A stretch of 52,005 nucleotides of DNA, the filler included, from Bipalium vagum (taxonomy: Eukaryota), in NCBI GenBank assembly GCA_037834085.1. It is 3 parts of 3 records of this genome, joined end to end, with 100 filler letters (N's around TTAATTAATTAA, not from the genome) between each part and the next. Parts side by side here need not be neighbours in the genome. Positions count along the whole stretch, not along the records: positions 1 to 16,086 come from JBBMKC010127810.1; 2 more parts are not named here. One strand, written 5' to 3'. This document shows, in pieces, positions 1 through 13,677 of this stretch. The position numbers were made by a program, and so were the translations under genes. Within the stretch, counting starts at the first letter, position 1; each line of letters opens with the position of its first letter. Under the pieces are notes generated by a model. It made no database searches. It was not told where the DNA came from and was given only the letters and a program-made list of their open reading frames with translations.

Positions 1-3000
1 ATAATTTCAATTTTTGATACGCATTCATTTGCTTGAATTTTAAATAATGCTTACGGAAAACGATACTAACGTGAAAAGCCACTAAAATGATTATTTACAT
101 AAAGACCTTTTATTATATGTTTCCCATTCTGTGACATTTTTGTTGAACACTCCGTTACAGATGTTGGGAAATATCATATATATTATTCGTTTACAATACC
201 TTCATATCAGTCAGCTGAAAGAGTTTTGTAATTGTTAATCATTTATTATAATCAAGTATAATTGTATTTAACATAAGACATTTTAATATGATCAATTCCA
301 AAAAGAAATCGTATCTTCATTTTACACAAAATAAGAACTATTCTCTTATTTAAGATAAAGAATAATCCAAAATGTAATCAGATAATTAAGTTATTTTTAT
401 TTTATTCATAATTATCTATAAATTTATCAGCTATTACTTAAAATCTAAATATTATTAAGGAATTTGATTAAATTAGGGCTGGTAAGATAAATATTTATTA
501 ATGAAAGACTTCATTCGATATACAACCATGAAACACTGACCATAGCTTGAAAGTTATGAGAATCATTTATTTTATTGTTAGTCAGGTTGTCGATAATTAT
601 AATAAAATGATTGTCACATGAAATATACCTTAATACTTTGTTAATAAATGAAAACAAGATTTATTTTTGAGGAAAATCCACAAATTAAAAACATCCTCCA
701 TCTAATAAAATTAAAAATTTTAGTTATTTTAATATTTTACTTTGTCGTACATGAAAACAAGACAGAATGGATTTTTATCCATTACCAACAAATTTAATTT
801 TCACATTTTTAAAAAAATATTTTTATCATTTGTTTAAAAAGTTAAATTGAAATATAATAAATTGAAAATACTAACAAAATTTGAAATTCATAAAATTTAG
901 ATTAACATGAAAGTCACAAATCAGAATAACGATGAATTGTGTTAAACAATATCATATCTCAAGTAATAATACATTCAACACTGTTGGCCATGGAAAAGAA
1001 TAACTAACAAAATCGAAGGAATAAAATCTCAAACACACAATCGACAAAAATTTCTCTCCAACAGTACATGTAATACTTAGAAAACTGACTACGATATCCA
1101 CCCAGGTAAAGAGTGGACCATTATTGTTCATGCAAGAATACAGAAAAGCGCATAAACACAGTTAAATAAATTTGCTTACGATTTGTCAATGGTTGTTACT
1201 AAATTAATTCGCGATTTGTTTATCTGAATCATTATTGATTAAAATATTGAACTAAAAATAGTTACAATTTTTTTTGAGTTTTCGAGGAAAATGACCACTT
1301 TCTTTCTGTTATCGTGCAACTCTATCAACAGTCATTTGTAAGCATCGTCTGTATTTAAAAACTGATGGATAATCGAACCGAATCTCGATTTTATTGTCGT
1401 CAGCGTGCTTATTGAGTAATTTTTATTATCAGCTAATTGACATTATCATTCAACGGTCATGCTCAGTAGCCGAAGCTATAAGACACATAACTGATGACAT
1501 CATTGTCTCAGTATTCGATTTTCATTTCATTATATTTCGCCAATTAAGATTGCAAGTATATTTCAATTTTCTCAACGTCGTCGAAGTAAGTCTTTCTTTG
1601 ATAATGATATGATTATTGATATTGTAAATTTTTTCTTTTGTCTTTTTTATTGGTTTTATTATACGGCTGAGGTAAGTATATATGGAACGAGATTTTTATT
1701 GAATGAATAAAAATGAAGTCAGTGAATTTCTCCCCAAAATTGTGCATTATTATCATACTCTTAAATTATCTTAACTTCATTCTTTACCTTTTATTAAATG
1801 TCCTATTTACATTTATTGGTACCAGGAAGGGTTTGATAAAAGAAATTCCTTTGATGCCATTTTATCAGATTATTATTCTTTATATTATCATTTTTCAAGA
1901 AGTTGTTCTCAACCTGTGATCAAGAAAAGATTGGCAAAATTAGGTGTCATGTATATACTGATTACTGTTAAACGAAAAAGGCAGAGTTTTTCCATTCACC
2001 GAAAGTAATGTATATTTGTGCTAAGCTGATTGTGTATTGTTAGAGTTTTGATTCTTTTAACGGTGTTAACGCTCTTCATTTTATGTTAATAGCCATATCA
2101 ATGGATGTCCTGCGCCTCCTGCACACAAATTGTAAACTGTTATGGTATTTGTGTTTTTTTCCATAAAGTAGTGGACACAATTAATAGAGCCAAATTAATT
2201 GTATTATTTGAAAATACCAATAAAAATGTGATTTTCGCAAAATAGTGGTCAGAGTGATCGAAAAAGTAACTTTGGTATTGTTCTACAAAACATGAAATTC
2301 CATGTAAAAACTTATAATTCCTTGTCGTAAATTTTTAAAGCGAAAATTACATATTTTTGGGAATGTTAAGTGAAAAAGGTTGAGAAACAGCGTTTAAATG
2401 AATGTGATAAATTGAATGTAATTTCGTCAATTAATTAAAATTATCTTAATCTTGTTTCGGTGGAAAATGATAATATTAACATAAAAATGTTCTTAAAAAA
2501 CATAAATAACCAAATTTTCTTAGTTTTTTTAAAAGGTAAAATTTATTTTTGTTATCCAGTTTTTATCTCACACTTGTCTATGGTTTAAAAAGGTTTAAAA
2601 ATAATTAAAACATTTGATTTTTGAAGATTTTATATTTTTGATTTTTTTAAAGTATAATTTTATATTTTTATAAAAGTTTGATTTTTGATTAAATTTTCTT
2701 TTGCCTCTTGTGTAAAAATTTTGGAATTTTTTCTAAAATCTTAAAATTTTATCGATTTTACGTTATATTTTGATAAATTTCATTTATTTAAAAATAAATA
2801 TTTTTCCTTATTAAAGTATTCAGGTTTCACTCAAATAAATACGTCTGTTGTGAAATTTTTTTAAAAAAAATTCTGAGAATTTTCATACTTTTTGTTACAT
2901 TTAATAATTAAGTTTTAACAATTAAATTAAATCAATACATTAAAAAAATACTTAAGAATATCATGTAATAATTTTCCTGAATATTTAAATCTGTTGTATA

Positions 3001-6000
3001 AGAAATAAAATTACGGAAACGAAACCACTTTGTATTAATATAAGGTGTTGATATTCTCTTAGTTCACATATCATTCCACATGAATGATTAGGGTATGAAA
3101 AATTTTAGGGTCTTAACATTTGCTCTAAATATTTTTTTTATTTTAATTTTTTGTCTTAAGTAATTTAACATGAAATATTTAACATTGCGGCGTCAAATCA
3201 CCTTTTATCTAATTAAGGCATTAGTTGTTGAAATTGAAAATAAATTCAATACATTAAAAAATTCATTAGTTCTTTATTTTCTTGTTTTACAAAGGGCAGT
3301 GTTGTTGATTATATGTATGAAAGCAATTTTTCTTGCTGATCCGTAAAATAAAATTTTAAAAATGGATTTTGAAATATTTTTTTATTCTTCTTGTTTCTCT
3401 ATTCTTTCGAAAATTAGCTGAAAATCAATCTTTTTGCCATTATACTGGTTTATCAAGTATTAAATATTGAAACTGAAAGAAAAACCATTATAAGTATCCA
3501 TTTCAAAAAATTGAATGACATTGAATATAATTTTGAAGCTATTCATTCTTTATATGTCTAAGACCTCCAAAAAGTACCAAGTGTTACTCAAATACTGGGT
3601 AATTTCAGGTTTATTTTTCACATCGAATCCTATTTCTTATTATTCCTCTACTTTTTATAAGGTGTAAAACCATTATTTCATTTTAGTTAAGGTTCAGAAT
3701 ATCGTTTAGAAGATTTTTCTCTATTTCTATCAATGGAATAAATTTCAGATTTTTTCTTTTAACCTATTAAGAAAGTAAAAATAATTTAAAATAATCAATG
3801 TAGGTTTTCTTCAATTAGTCAAATTAATTGGTTAATAATTCTTTAATTAGTTTAACTTTGAAATGATTTGTTTAATTGTTTAACTCTGAACTATTAATTA
3901 AAACAAATATAATTTTGTATGCTTTAGGAAAATTTTAAATAGTAAACCGATGAAACTTTTAAAGATTATACAAATTTCTTTTAATACTGATCATATTAAT
4001 TTTCGGGTTTACTATAACTAGTTTCAGTCCTGGCATGAAAAACGGATATAAAATAACGTATTTCCTTAACAACAAAATTCTTGGCAATGAATTTATGGCC
4101 AATGGGTATTGTTAAAAAACTCATTTATGGTATTATAATATTATCAAATTTATATTTTAATTCTCTTAACAATTACATTAAAGACTTAATAAAATTATTA
4201 ATTTAATTTATTTGCTCTAGGTCCTTAAAATATGTTCCTAAAATTTTCAGTGAAATAATAATTATAATTTGCACACAATATTTTTTTTAACAGTTTTCTA
4301 GTAATAAATTGTTAAAATTCTTAAAATTCCTTAGAAGTCTTAATCCTTTTGAATAGTCAATTAAACTAAATAAAAATTTTTTATGGGTCAACTGTTAGTA
4401 AAATAATTTCATTTGAATAAAGCATCTTTCTTCCTAATAGATTCATGATTTCAATTTTCTGTAATTTTTTCTTTTTCTTGATCTTTTACTTACAAATCAC
4501 TAAGGGGTAATTACACATATTAATAAGAATGAAAAACTTGTAGGTCCTCGGTCTTTGAACAAAAATGATTTTTTATGTTTCAAATTCTCATTGAATAAGA
4601 AAGATGAATACAACATGACAGTAAATTCCGTGTGATGAAAATTTTGAGTTAACAGAGAAAATTTCTTTTTATTATAATCAATATCCATTTTAGCTATCAA
4701 AAGGAAAATGTATTTATTTTTCTTTTATAATTATGTGAATATTTATCAAAGTCAATAGTGAAGACAAAATCAAAAGTTATATATATCTAAATTTATATAA
4801 GTATACCAGAGGAAAAAATATTTTTCAGAAATAATTTTGAAAAGATATTTCTTTAAATATCCTAGTGATTTAAGACGAAAATAATAATTGTAGTACAAAT
4901 ATTTAAAGAAATGTGAAAATCAATTATCAATTTTAAATATATTTAAAAATATAATTTAATAGTAAAACATATATTCAAATTAAATCATTTTAAAGGAGAA
5001 GAGTCTAATGAGATTGTTTAAAAAATATTGTAAAAAAGAATTCATTAAAATATTTAAGTTGTGAATATTTATAAAACCAGTAATTTTTATTTTTTAATCT
5101 GTATGTTTTTTAGAAAACCTTTAAATATTTTTAATATTTCTAATTTTAATAAAAATATTTTGCTGGTAGAGATTCAAAAATTACTTAATTATTTACAATT
5201 TACAGAGTATTTATATATTCTTAAATTTTTACTGTCTATATTTTACAACATCAGACAGACCAAAGTTTTTTTTTATTGTATAATTTAATTTTTAAAAATT
5301 CTTTAGACGAATTCTATAGGTTTTTAAAAACATATATTATTAATGGTAAAAATATTAAGTAATTTATCATTAAAATTTTTAAAATTTTTATACTTAAAAT
5401 ATATTTAATATATTAAGTTACAATAATTTAAGTTTCTTTATTAAAATAAATTCGAAAATATTTAATCTTTCCTTATAAGTACACTATGTACATTGTATCA
5501 AACTAAATGATTTAGTTTTAAAGGAAAAGATTATGCATTGGCTTCTTAGCAACAATAGCTGCAATTCAATTAAATTCAAGAAGATTTGGACAAAGAGAAA
5601 CAAACGAAACGAATTTCCATTTTTTGATCAATAGTTTTATAATGAATTACTTTTTTCTCATTCCGGATTTCCTTAAAGGCACGTGCCATAGGGAAAGTAT
5701 GTCTTTTTCAAACACAATAACTAATGGAGTATTTATCAATTCATTCTATTATTTTGATTTTTCCACTTGACTTTAAAATAATTAATTGCTTTGCATATTT
5801 AAAATGAGCCGCTACTAAGGTTTCACACGGAAAAAGAATTGAGATTAAATTATAATTTAATAATGATTAAATACATTTTTTATTATAAACAGCTGAGTTA
5901 TAATTTCACCGTTTGTACTTATATTTTTAATATTTTAATTTAAAAATATTTAATTGAAAAGTTAAATTTAATGTCATTGGAGAAATATATCCGACACTCA

Positions 6001-7373
6001 TTGATCTACTGCAGATGGTTGATGATGAAATGAGTGTTTGCTTGTTCAATCTCGAGTCCCACTTTGAATTAATTTAAACACAAAACAACCTGAACTATGG
6101 GCATTAAAATGGAAATATTAATTCTATTAGAACCTTATGAGTACCAATTGGTCAGTTCTGTCAACTTATGTTTCACCGTTGTTTCAAAATTTATCTGTGG
6201 TTAGCAAATGCTACTTTCAAAAAATTTGAAAAAGGAACTACCAGTTTACTTTTTTTTGCTTATTTTGTAATTAACATTAAATCTGAATTATTTTCTCCAA
6301 TTTAGTGTGCTACATATTAAAAAAATTTTCGAGAGACTGATGTATGGGATGGTTAAGTCTAAATTTCGTTCATTTAAAAATATTACTGTGGTTAGAATTA
6401 AAAATTTTAATAACAATAATAAAATAATTATAATAAATAATACTGATTAAAGTATTAAATTCAGATCTCACATTGATTTTAAATGAGCTTAAAGTTTGCG
6501 GACAAAAATAAATTTTCAGAAAATATTTTGAAACTTAAAACTTTAATTATAAGTTTTATTTAGAAAAATATTTAATTAAAATATAATCGCTATTTTTGTC
6601 AGGGATCGAGTTCTTGTGTCATAGAGAAAAATCGCCTTTAATTATTTGAAAATCGTAAAAATTTTCACAATACTTAAATAATAATTATGCTAATTTATTG
6701 TAGTATTATATATAAATTTATATTTTCTGAACTGGATTACTTGTTAATCATATTCTCCTTACTTAATTTAACATTTTAAAATTTATTTTTAAACGAAAAG
6801 AAAATTAATCATTCTTAATTTTATACAAATTTATTTAATTAACTATTAAAATAAAAAATATATTGATTGGTATTATTTATTTAACGTTTTTTCTTTTTTT
6901 CCTTTTCGATGTAAGCAGAATTCTTTATCAATATCTATCAATCTTAGATAATAACAAATAATTTTCCTCCAGAAAAATCAATTATTTTAATTTAATTATC
7001 TTCAATACTTCAAAATCTTTTAATATTTTTATAATTGCATTTTCCAAAGGAAAATTCATTATTATTTCTTTTGATCTTAATTAATTATTTGTATTTTTAA
7101 AATTTATTGTATTGTATTTTAATTATTATTTTTTACGTTAAATCTGTAAAAATGTTATCTTAAAATCATATTTTAAAGGTAGAATAAAAGTATCGAAAAC
7201 CCTTTAAATTTCATGTGACAGAATTGTCTAGTTAAATATATAGTTATTTTTTTATGTGAAGTAAATTTATAGATTAAGGCATTTTTATTGGCATTTTCTG
7301 TATATGATAATATAAAATATTTTTGATTTATTTTAAATTAAAATAATTATTTCAGTAACCTCTGCAATATAAC

Positions 7374-7888
7374 ATGAATCATAATGCCCTACATACCAAC
7401 TATGTGACCGTAGAGAACAAAGTTCAATCTTTTTATATTAGAACACTTTGTTCTTATGAGCCATCTCTTGACAAAGGTCTTCCTGGAAAGGTCTATACAA
7501 TGATGGATGATAAATAATTTTATCTGGTTTAAATAGGGTTTAAAATTCAAGCCCGGTGATTTACTTCTTGTTATCAATGCAAATGACAATCAATGGTGGC
7601 AAGCAGTACATATAAAAAGAAATATATTTCTATCTTCCAACCAAAATTGCAATTCTACAATATTATTTAAAGACAGAGGTCTAATACCAAGTCTAGAAAG
7701 AGTTCGCAAAAAGGGTCGCTATCAGCACAGACACGTCGAATTTGATTCCAGGGCAGTGGTTATTGGACCAACTGGAAAATTGGTATCAGAAATGATAAGT
7801 AGTTCAGGATGCAACTCTTTTGACTTAAAACGACTGAGAAGGTTTAACAGCAATCGAAAGCCAATAGATAAAAATATTGGTGGGTCAG
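7374..7888 (+). CDS. dlg1: Discs-large (Dlg/MAGUK)-like protein, SH3 and hook exons (7374-7490 and 7537-7888)
   Basis: Hand translation after removing a 46-nt GT..AG intron (7491-7536): ...SFYIRTLCSYEPSLDKGLPGK|GLKFKPGDLLLVINANDNQWWQAV...RGLIPSLERVRKKGRYQHRHVEF. This matches the Dlg SH3 pattern SLYVRALFDY...GLPSQ|[23 protein letters not shown]...GVIPSKRRVEKK. Ends at a phase-1 donor (TCAG|GTAATT, 7888/7889). Missing from the ORF track. Family is clear; exact orthology is not. Confidence 0.88.
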
Positions 7889-10171
7889 GTAATTGAGTAT
7901 TTTATTTTTTGCTTTTCTTAATCAATTTTATTAATAAAAGAATTTAATAGTATAATGAGGAATTCAATTTTAGTTTCAGTACAAGACACATTTTTATAAA
8001 ATTTTATTTTATGTTAAAATTAATGTAATTTGGATGATCAATTTGATAAAAATATTGTTAAAAAAGAAATCTCTTTAACCAATTCTATAATAAATGGGAA
8101 AGTTATGGTATTACCTATAGGATAGAATACAATTTTAAGTAATGTCATTATTATTACTTAGTTTCTGTCTATTATTTTAAAATAATATAACTTGACATGG
8201 AATCTATAATTTCTGATTCTTGACAAAATATTTTTAAACGATGACATCAAACTTTAATCTACTTGTGACAGCTCAATTTTCTCAAAAAGTACATTATTTC
8301 CTCATTGACAAAACTTATCAAAATGTTGATACTAAATGTAAATATCTTATATTTTTGTTTATATTTTATATTATATATTATTAAAGTAATTTTAATTGCA
8401 ATGAAATGCGCCAATTGAACTGTAACAAAAATTGTTAATCACTGTCAAAGCAAAACTTCAAAGAGAACGTTTACCGAATATTTTAAGAACTTTTCACATA
8501 TTCCCCGCTTTCCTTTTCATTTTATAACTTTAGTCTTAAATCAATTATTTTATTACGGCTTTAAAAACATTATTTCTTTTTTACGACGTCTTGTTACAAA
8601 ATTAAGTTACTCTTAAACTTTGAGTTCAGATGTGGAATATATGAAATAAATAATGAAAATGGTATTGTCTATTTCCATTAGATGCTTCATGTTGAATCGA
8701 GAATACATATGCTGAATTTGAAATATTTCCGAAGACAACAATTTAAGCATTATATTTTTATAAAATTGGTTGGTAGTTTGTAAGCTTGACACTTTTTAAG
8801 GTTCCGTGATATATTTATGTTGAGTTTTTAAAACTTTTTTTCAATGATACACTCTTGATTACAAAAAAAATCTTTTATTTAAATTTTATGTTAAATATAT
8901 TTTTTATTTAATATGTTTTCTTTTATATAAATATTGTTTTACAAACCATGGTTTTATAAACAGTAAATGATTGAATGTATACTTAAGAGATTAAAAATGA
9001 TATTTGAAGAAAATAAAATAAAAATATCAATCATCTAGAATTCAGAATATTAATATCCTATTTTAATTAATAAAATATTTTTAATTTAATATTAATGATA
9101 TTTTTGACATTTTATTATAAATAAGAATCTTTTTATATGTTCCAATATGAAATAATCAATTAAAATTTCTAATCCACACAAGAAATGAAAGATTATTTCT
9201 TTATGTTAGAAAAGCCGATATAAGAAAGAACCAAATTTCTATTATATCCAATTTTGAGTTGATTTTTTAAAAAATATTTTATAAAACGGATTATCGAAGG
9301 CAATTGTGGATCCTAAAATACCATTGTAACAGAATAGTTTAAAATGTTATAAAAATAATATAATGATAATTATACTAAAAATACACGGTTGGATAGTTCT
9401 AAAGTTTCTGTTTTGTTAAGAAATTTGAATTGTAGATTATGTAGACAAAACATTACGGTGGCGTGGTTCATACATATTTAATTAGTCGAACATTCTTAAT
9501 ATGATCGGACATTTTTATTCTTAATATTATTTTCTGAGTATATTTGCATCGATAGTAATTGTGAAATTTAACAACATGGGAAAAAAATCGGTAAAATAAA
9601 TTATAGATTAACTTAAAATATTTGTTTGTTAGGTTCATAAGTTTTATAATGAAAAAAATCATCGATAATCATGGAAATATGTTTTGAAATATTTGTTGTT
9701 AGTAAAATATGATTTTTATTTTTGTCAGAAATCAGTTTTACATGTTAAAAATGTGAAAATCGAATACTATGTAAAAGAGAAATAAAATAGCTTTGGAAAG
9801 TGTCGGGATGAGCAAAGAAAATATTGGATCTCGTTTAAAAGTAAAATAATTGAGTACCTGTAGAAGTACATAACGATGGTTTTTAGGTCCATATAGATGG
9901 TTCATGTATAATTTCATGCATTTTTTTATTTTTATATTTGTCCTTATCTGGTATAAGTTAAATTTTATTGTAATAATTTACATATTTTATACTGTATCTG
10001 TTGTCAAAACATTGCAGAATATTATTATTTCATGATGTTTTTATATAACGATAAGACATCAAAAATCAGAACAAATCCAATCTAGTGCTTTTTATCCTTT
10101 TAACAGCTTGGGATAATTTTTGAATTCTTAATATTTTTATATTCTGAAATAAAATTGTTATATTTATATTA

Positions 10172-11392
10172 ACGGATGTTAAACATATAATGATATTCAA
10201 GGTTTAATTTAAAAATTTTAAAAATAAATTGAACTTAAAATATTTTTTAATTAAAAGAAAATGTCTAGAATAAATTTATTTTTGAATATCAAAAAATAGT
10301 CACCGTTAACTTTCCAAATGCGATACAATCGACGGTAGCAGAATTTACAAATTTCCTTGTCAATTTTTTTTCACTGCGATCTTCAGTTCTCTGATCAATT
10401 TTTTTGGAAGTTATTTGATCCCACCTGATGCTCCAAACGAAATAATCCAAAGAATTTAAATCAGGTGAATTAGGAGGCCAAAGATTTTTTTGAATAAAAT
10501 TTGGAAAATTTTTGGAAGACCATTCAATTGATTTTTGCACTATCTTGTTGATATGTCCAATTATTCCCACAAACCCTATTTCTATATATTTTTTGCCACT
10601 GGGAGTATTGTTTAAAAATAAAAAATGTCCTGATTAATTTTTTTTCAATAAATACGAATGGACCGCAACCTTTAGAACATACAGAACCAAACCATTACTT
10701 ATGGAAATTTCCTTTTCCGATTAATGCCAGCACAATATATATATATATTACACAATATATATCAGCACAATTAACTGCTAATATTCTGTCATTGTGGACA
10801 TTGTAGACTCCTTTCATATGGAATATCTTTTCAAGCGAAAAAGTTTTCTTTTTGGTATCATCTTTTTAGAAATTATGCTTCATCCAATTGTAAAATCCAT
10901 TTCTGGTTTTTAAATGCTTCATTGTCAACAAATGGCTTTAAATGTAAATTTGTTTCAATATAGATGGAGCTGATTCAATTGATATTCCAGTTTTGATATT
11001 CCAATTTTCTTGCGGTGATCCTTTCTTCTCTTTGACCAATCGTTTTCTAACTGTTTTGACTCTTTTTCTCCCTGGTGGCTTCTTCAGTTCAATAGAACCA
11101 TTTTCCATTATCATTTTGCACCATCGTTTGATGGTTGGAAGTGAAAGGACTCCTTCAAATGCTTGTTATATTTTCAAATGACTATTTCCATTTTGGTGCT
11201 TGGAAAAAGCAACATTTTGTATTTTCAATTATTTAATCTCTAAAATTCTGTTAAATTTAAATTAAAATAATCTTGTTTACCTGTACTATATGAAAAGCCT
11301 TTCAGCTAATCATCTATATTTTTATAAAATATATAACAATTTGATTTTGCCAGACATAAAAAGGATAAAATCAGTATATGTTGAACAGCCTT
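10172..11392 (-). mobile_element. Full-length but decayed Tc1/mariner-superfamily transposon, maT (DD37D)-like, inside the Dlg intron
   Basis: Degenerate TIRs: TAACGGATGTTAAACATATAATGATAT at 10170 versus reverse complement of the right end TAAAGGCTGTTCAACATATACTGATTT (22/27), TA-flanked. Minus-strand fragments FSLEKIFHMKGVYNVHNDRI and LWPPNSPDLNSLDYFVWS, with frameshifts and stops. Confidence 0.85.
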
Positions 11393-13092
11393 TACTATAT
11401 CGTTCAGTTTGAATTGTTGAAAAATTTAAAATTATTAATTAAATTACTTTTCGTCATACTTTAAAAAAGAAGATATATCAGTAAAAAATTAATTTCTTTA
11501 TTTTGAAATTATGAAAAGTATTAAATTCAAATTGCAACTTGGAAATTTTTAAAATATTATATCTTGCAACTTCAAAGAGTAAGTTATTTCAGAAGAGGGA
11601 ATCTTTTCAAATGGGGAACAAGATCATTCTATAAAATATTTTTTATTAATAGGATTTGTAGAAATTCTAATAATAGTTGAGTGAGAAATCTTCTCCCAGT
11701 TGCAGGAATTTGTGGTAATTAAAACTGGAAAATTGTAGTTATTTGATCACAATATTTTTTTGAAAACTTTGTCAAAAATTTATTAAAAGCCAAAATATTT
11801 TATTTTTGATTATTATAATTGTATAACAAATTATTTCTACTTTTTAACTTTGAGATTGCATAGCGTTATCAATTTCCTAGAAGATAATTAACGAAATAAA
11901 ATTTATTTTTAAAAACATGGAATTTACGTTATCAAATGCACACCCAAATTACACAGATATTTTTGAAATTATTTTCTTAATTATAAAACAATTGATAAAT
12001 AATATATAGATACTGTAATATATTTATTGTGAATATACGATTCAATAAGATAAGAACTTACAGAAATGTTCTGGACAAATTACTCAACTAAATCTTCACT
12101 TTTTTTTAAAATAATAAATGTTAAACATTTCTGTAAAATATGAAATATTTTTACAATTTTATCATTATACTCACTTTTTTAATAAAAATTGATGTGTAAT
12201 TTAAAATTCTTTACTTTTTATACGTATAATAAAAATTGGAAATATTAAAATTTTAATAGCCTTGGTTTACTATGTATAACAATTTCGCTATTAAATAATA
12301 AGCAGAATAATAATTTTGCAAATAATAATAAATAATATCAGTAATAATGTGTATAATAATGATAATGATAATAATATTTAATAGATAATAATAGAAAGAT
12401 ACATTATAAATTATTACATTGAAATAAATCGGTTATCTTTCACTTATTAGAGAAACTGTTCTCAATATAAAACTTGGTTGAGTTAAAAATATCATTAAAA
12501 TATTAAAAAGAAATGATTGATTGCTTAATTTAATCATATTTTAAATTTCTGAAGACATGCTGTGTTGTGAAAAATTACAACAGATCAGAAATATTTATTT
12601 TGAAGCGGAAGTTCCGCTTACTTAACAAATCTCTCACTTTTTATGCAAATTATTTAATTAGACTGAACTTAATAGAAGTTGTTTCATAAAATTTTAAAAT
12701 TAAAACTTAAATTATTTTTCACACACAATAGGTTTGTCGATTCTGTAACTTTGAGTGGAATTTTCTGGTGTTACAAAAGAGTATAAGACCATAAATAAAT
12801 TTTTCTTTTTTGAATTTTTATTGTAGGCAGATTTATAATAAGGCTTGAGATTAATAGAAAAACTTAAAAAATAACTCCACAAAATACCCACTGATCTTGG
12901 TACTCATCGACTGAATTTTACTGAGTGACAAAGTGCTTTTGTAATTTTGTGGATTTTTCAGTATAGATTTGCATGGCAACAATGTGTGAAACTGATCAAA
13001 TTAGTTTTTTTAACGGACTTTTTGTCTTTGTCATATAGTTTCGAAAACCCTTAAAATAATTAGATTCTACCTTTACTTGTCATTTTTCTCAG

Positions 13093-13677
13093 ATATGGAA
13101 AACAATTTTACTAATCCCTATGAGATCATTGAGCAAACCATTATTAAGTTACCACGACCCATTGTCATTATTGGGCCTGGTAAGGACCAGATTTATGAAT
13201 ATCTGTTGGACCAGTATCCCGAAATGTACATCACTCCAATACCACGTAAGACATGGGGTTCTTTTTTCCTTTTTTTCTATTTATCATACAACCCAGATAC
13301 AACTAGGTCTCCCAGACCTATCGAAAGAGATGGCATAGATTATCACTTTATCAATAATAAAGAAGAGCTGGAAGGTGAAATAAACTCAAAAAAATATATT
13401 GATGTTGGCAAATTCAAAGGAAATTTCTATGCAAGCAGTATAGACTCCGTTAGGCAAGCGATGGAAAAAAACAAATACCCACTGCTTGATATTAGCCATA
13501 ACGGAATTGAGAAGCTACGATCAGCCGGTATCTACCCAATTTGCATTCTGATATCTACTGGCTCTCTCAGTCAGGCCAAAATACTTCAAGGAGACTGTCG
13601 TCAAGTAAATCTCGATGTCCAGTCTACAAGAGATTATACAATAAAACTAGAAAAGGAATTCTCAGTACTTTTTGACG
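13093..13677 (+). CDS. dlg1: Dlg/MAGUK-like guanylate-kinase domain exons (13093-13245 and 13297-13677); final exon not located
   Basis: Acceptor TTTTTCTCAG|AT is phase 1, matching the 7888 donor. Contains RPIVIIGPGKDQI. Removing the 51-nt intron GTAAG..CCCAG (13246-13296) restores PIPHTTRSPRPIERDGIDYHFI...YIDVGKFKGNFYASSIDSVRQ...PLLDIS...IYPICILI...KLEKEF, the Dlg GK pattern. Phase-1 donor GACG|GTAGTA at 13677. Confidence 0.92.

Noticed and set aside
960-2200. Possible rosa, Tc1 and mariner relics near the window start
   Set aside because: Only isolated short motif echoes; too degraded to call or bound.
4500-4700. Minus-strand ORF with LFKDRG, echoing ILFKDRG in the Dlg exon
   Set aside because: Only six residues with no flanking similarity; likely chance.
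5520-6230. Possible upstream Dlg (PDZ) exons in the GC-richer patches
   Set aside because: No GLGF/PDZ-like translation; fragments look more like decayed TE sequence (e.g. LNLIEL on -).
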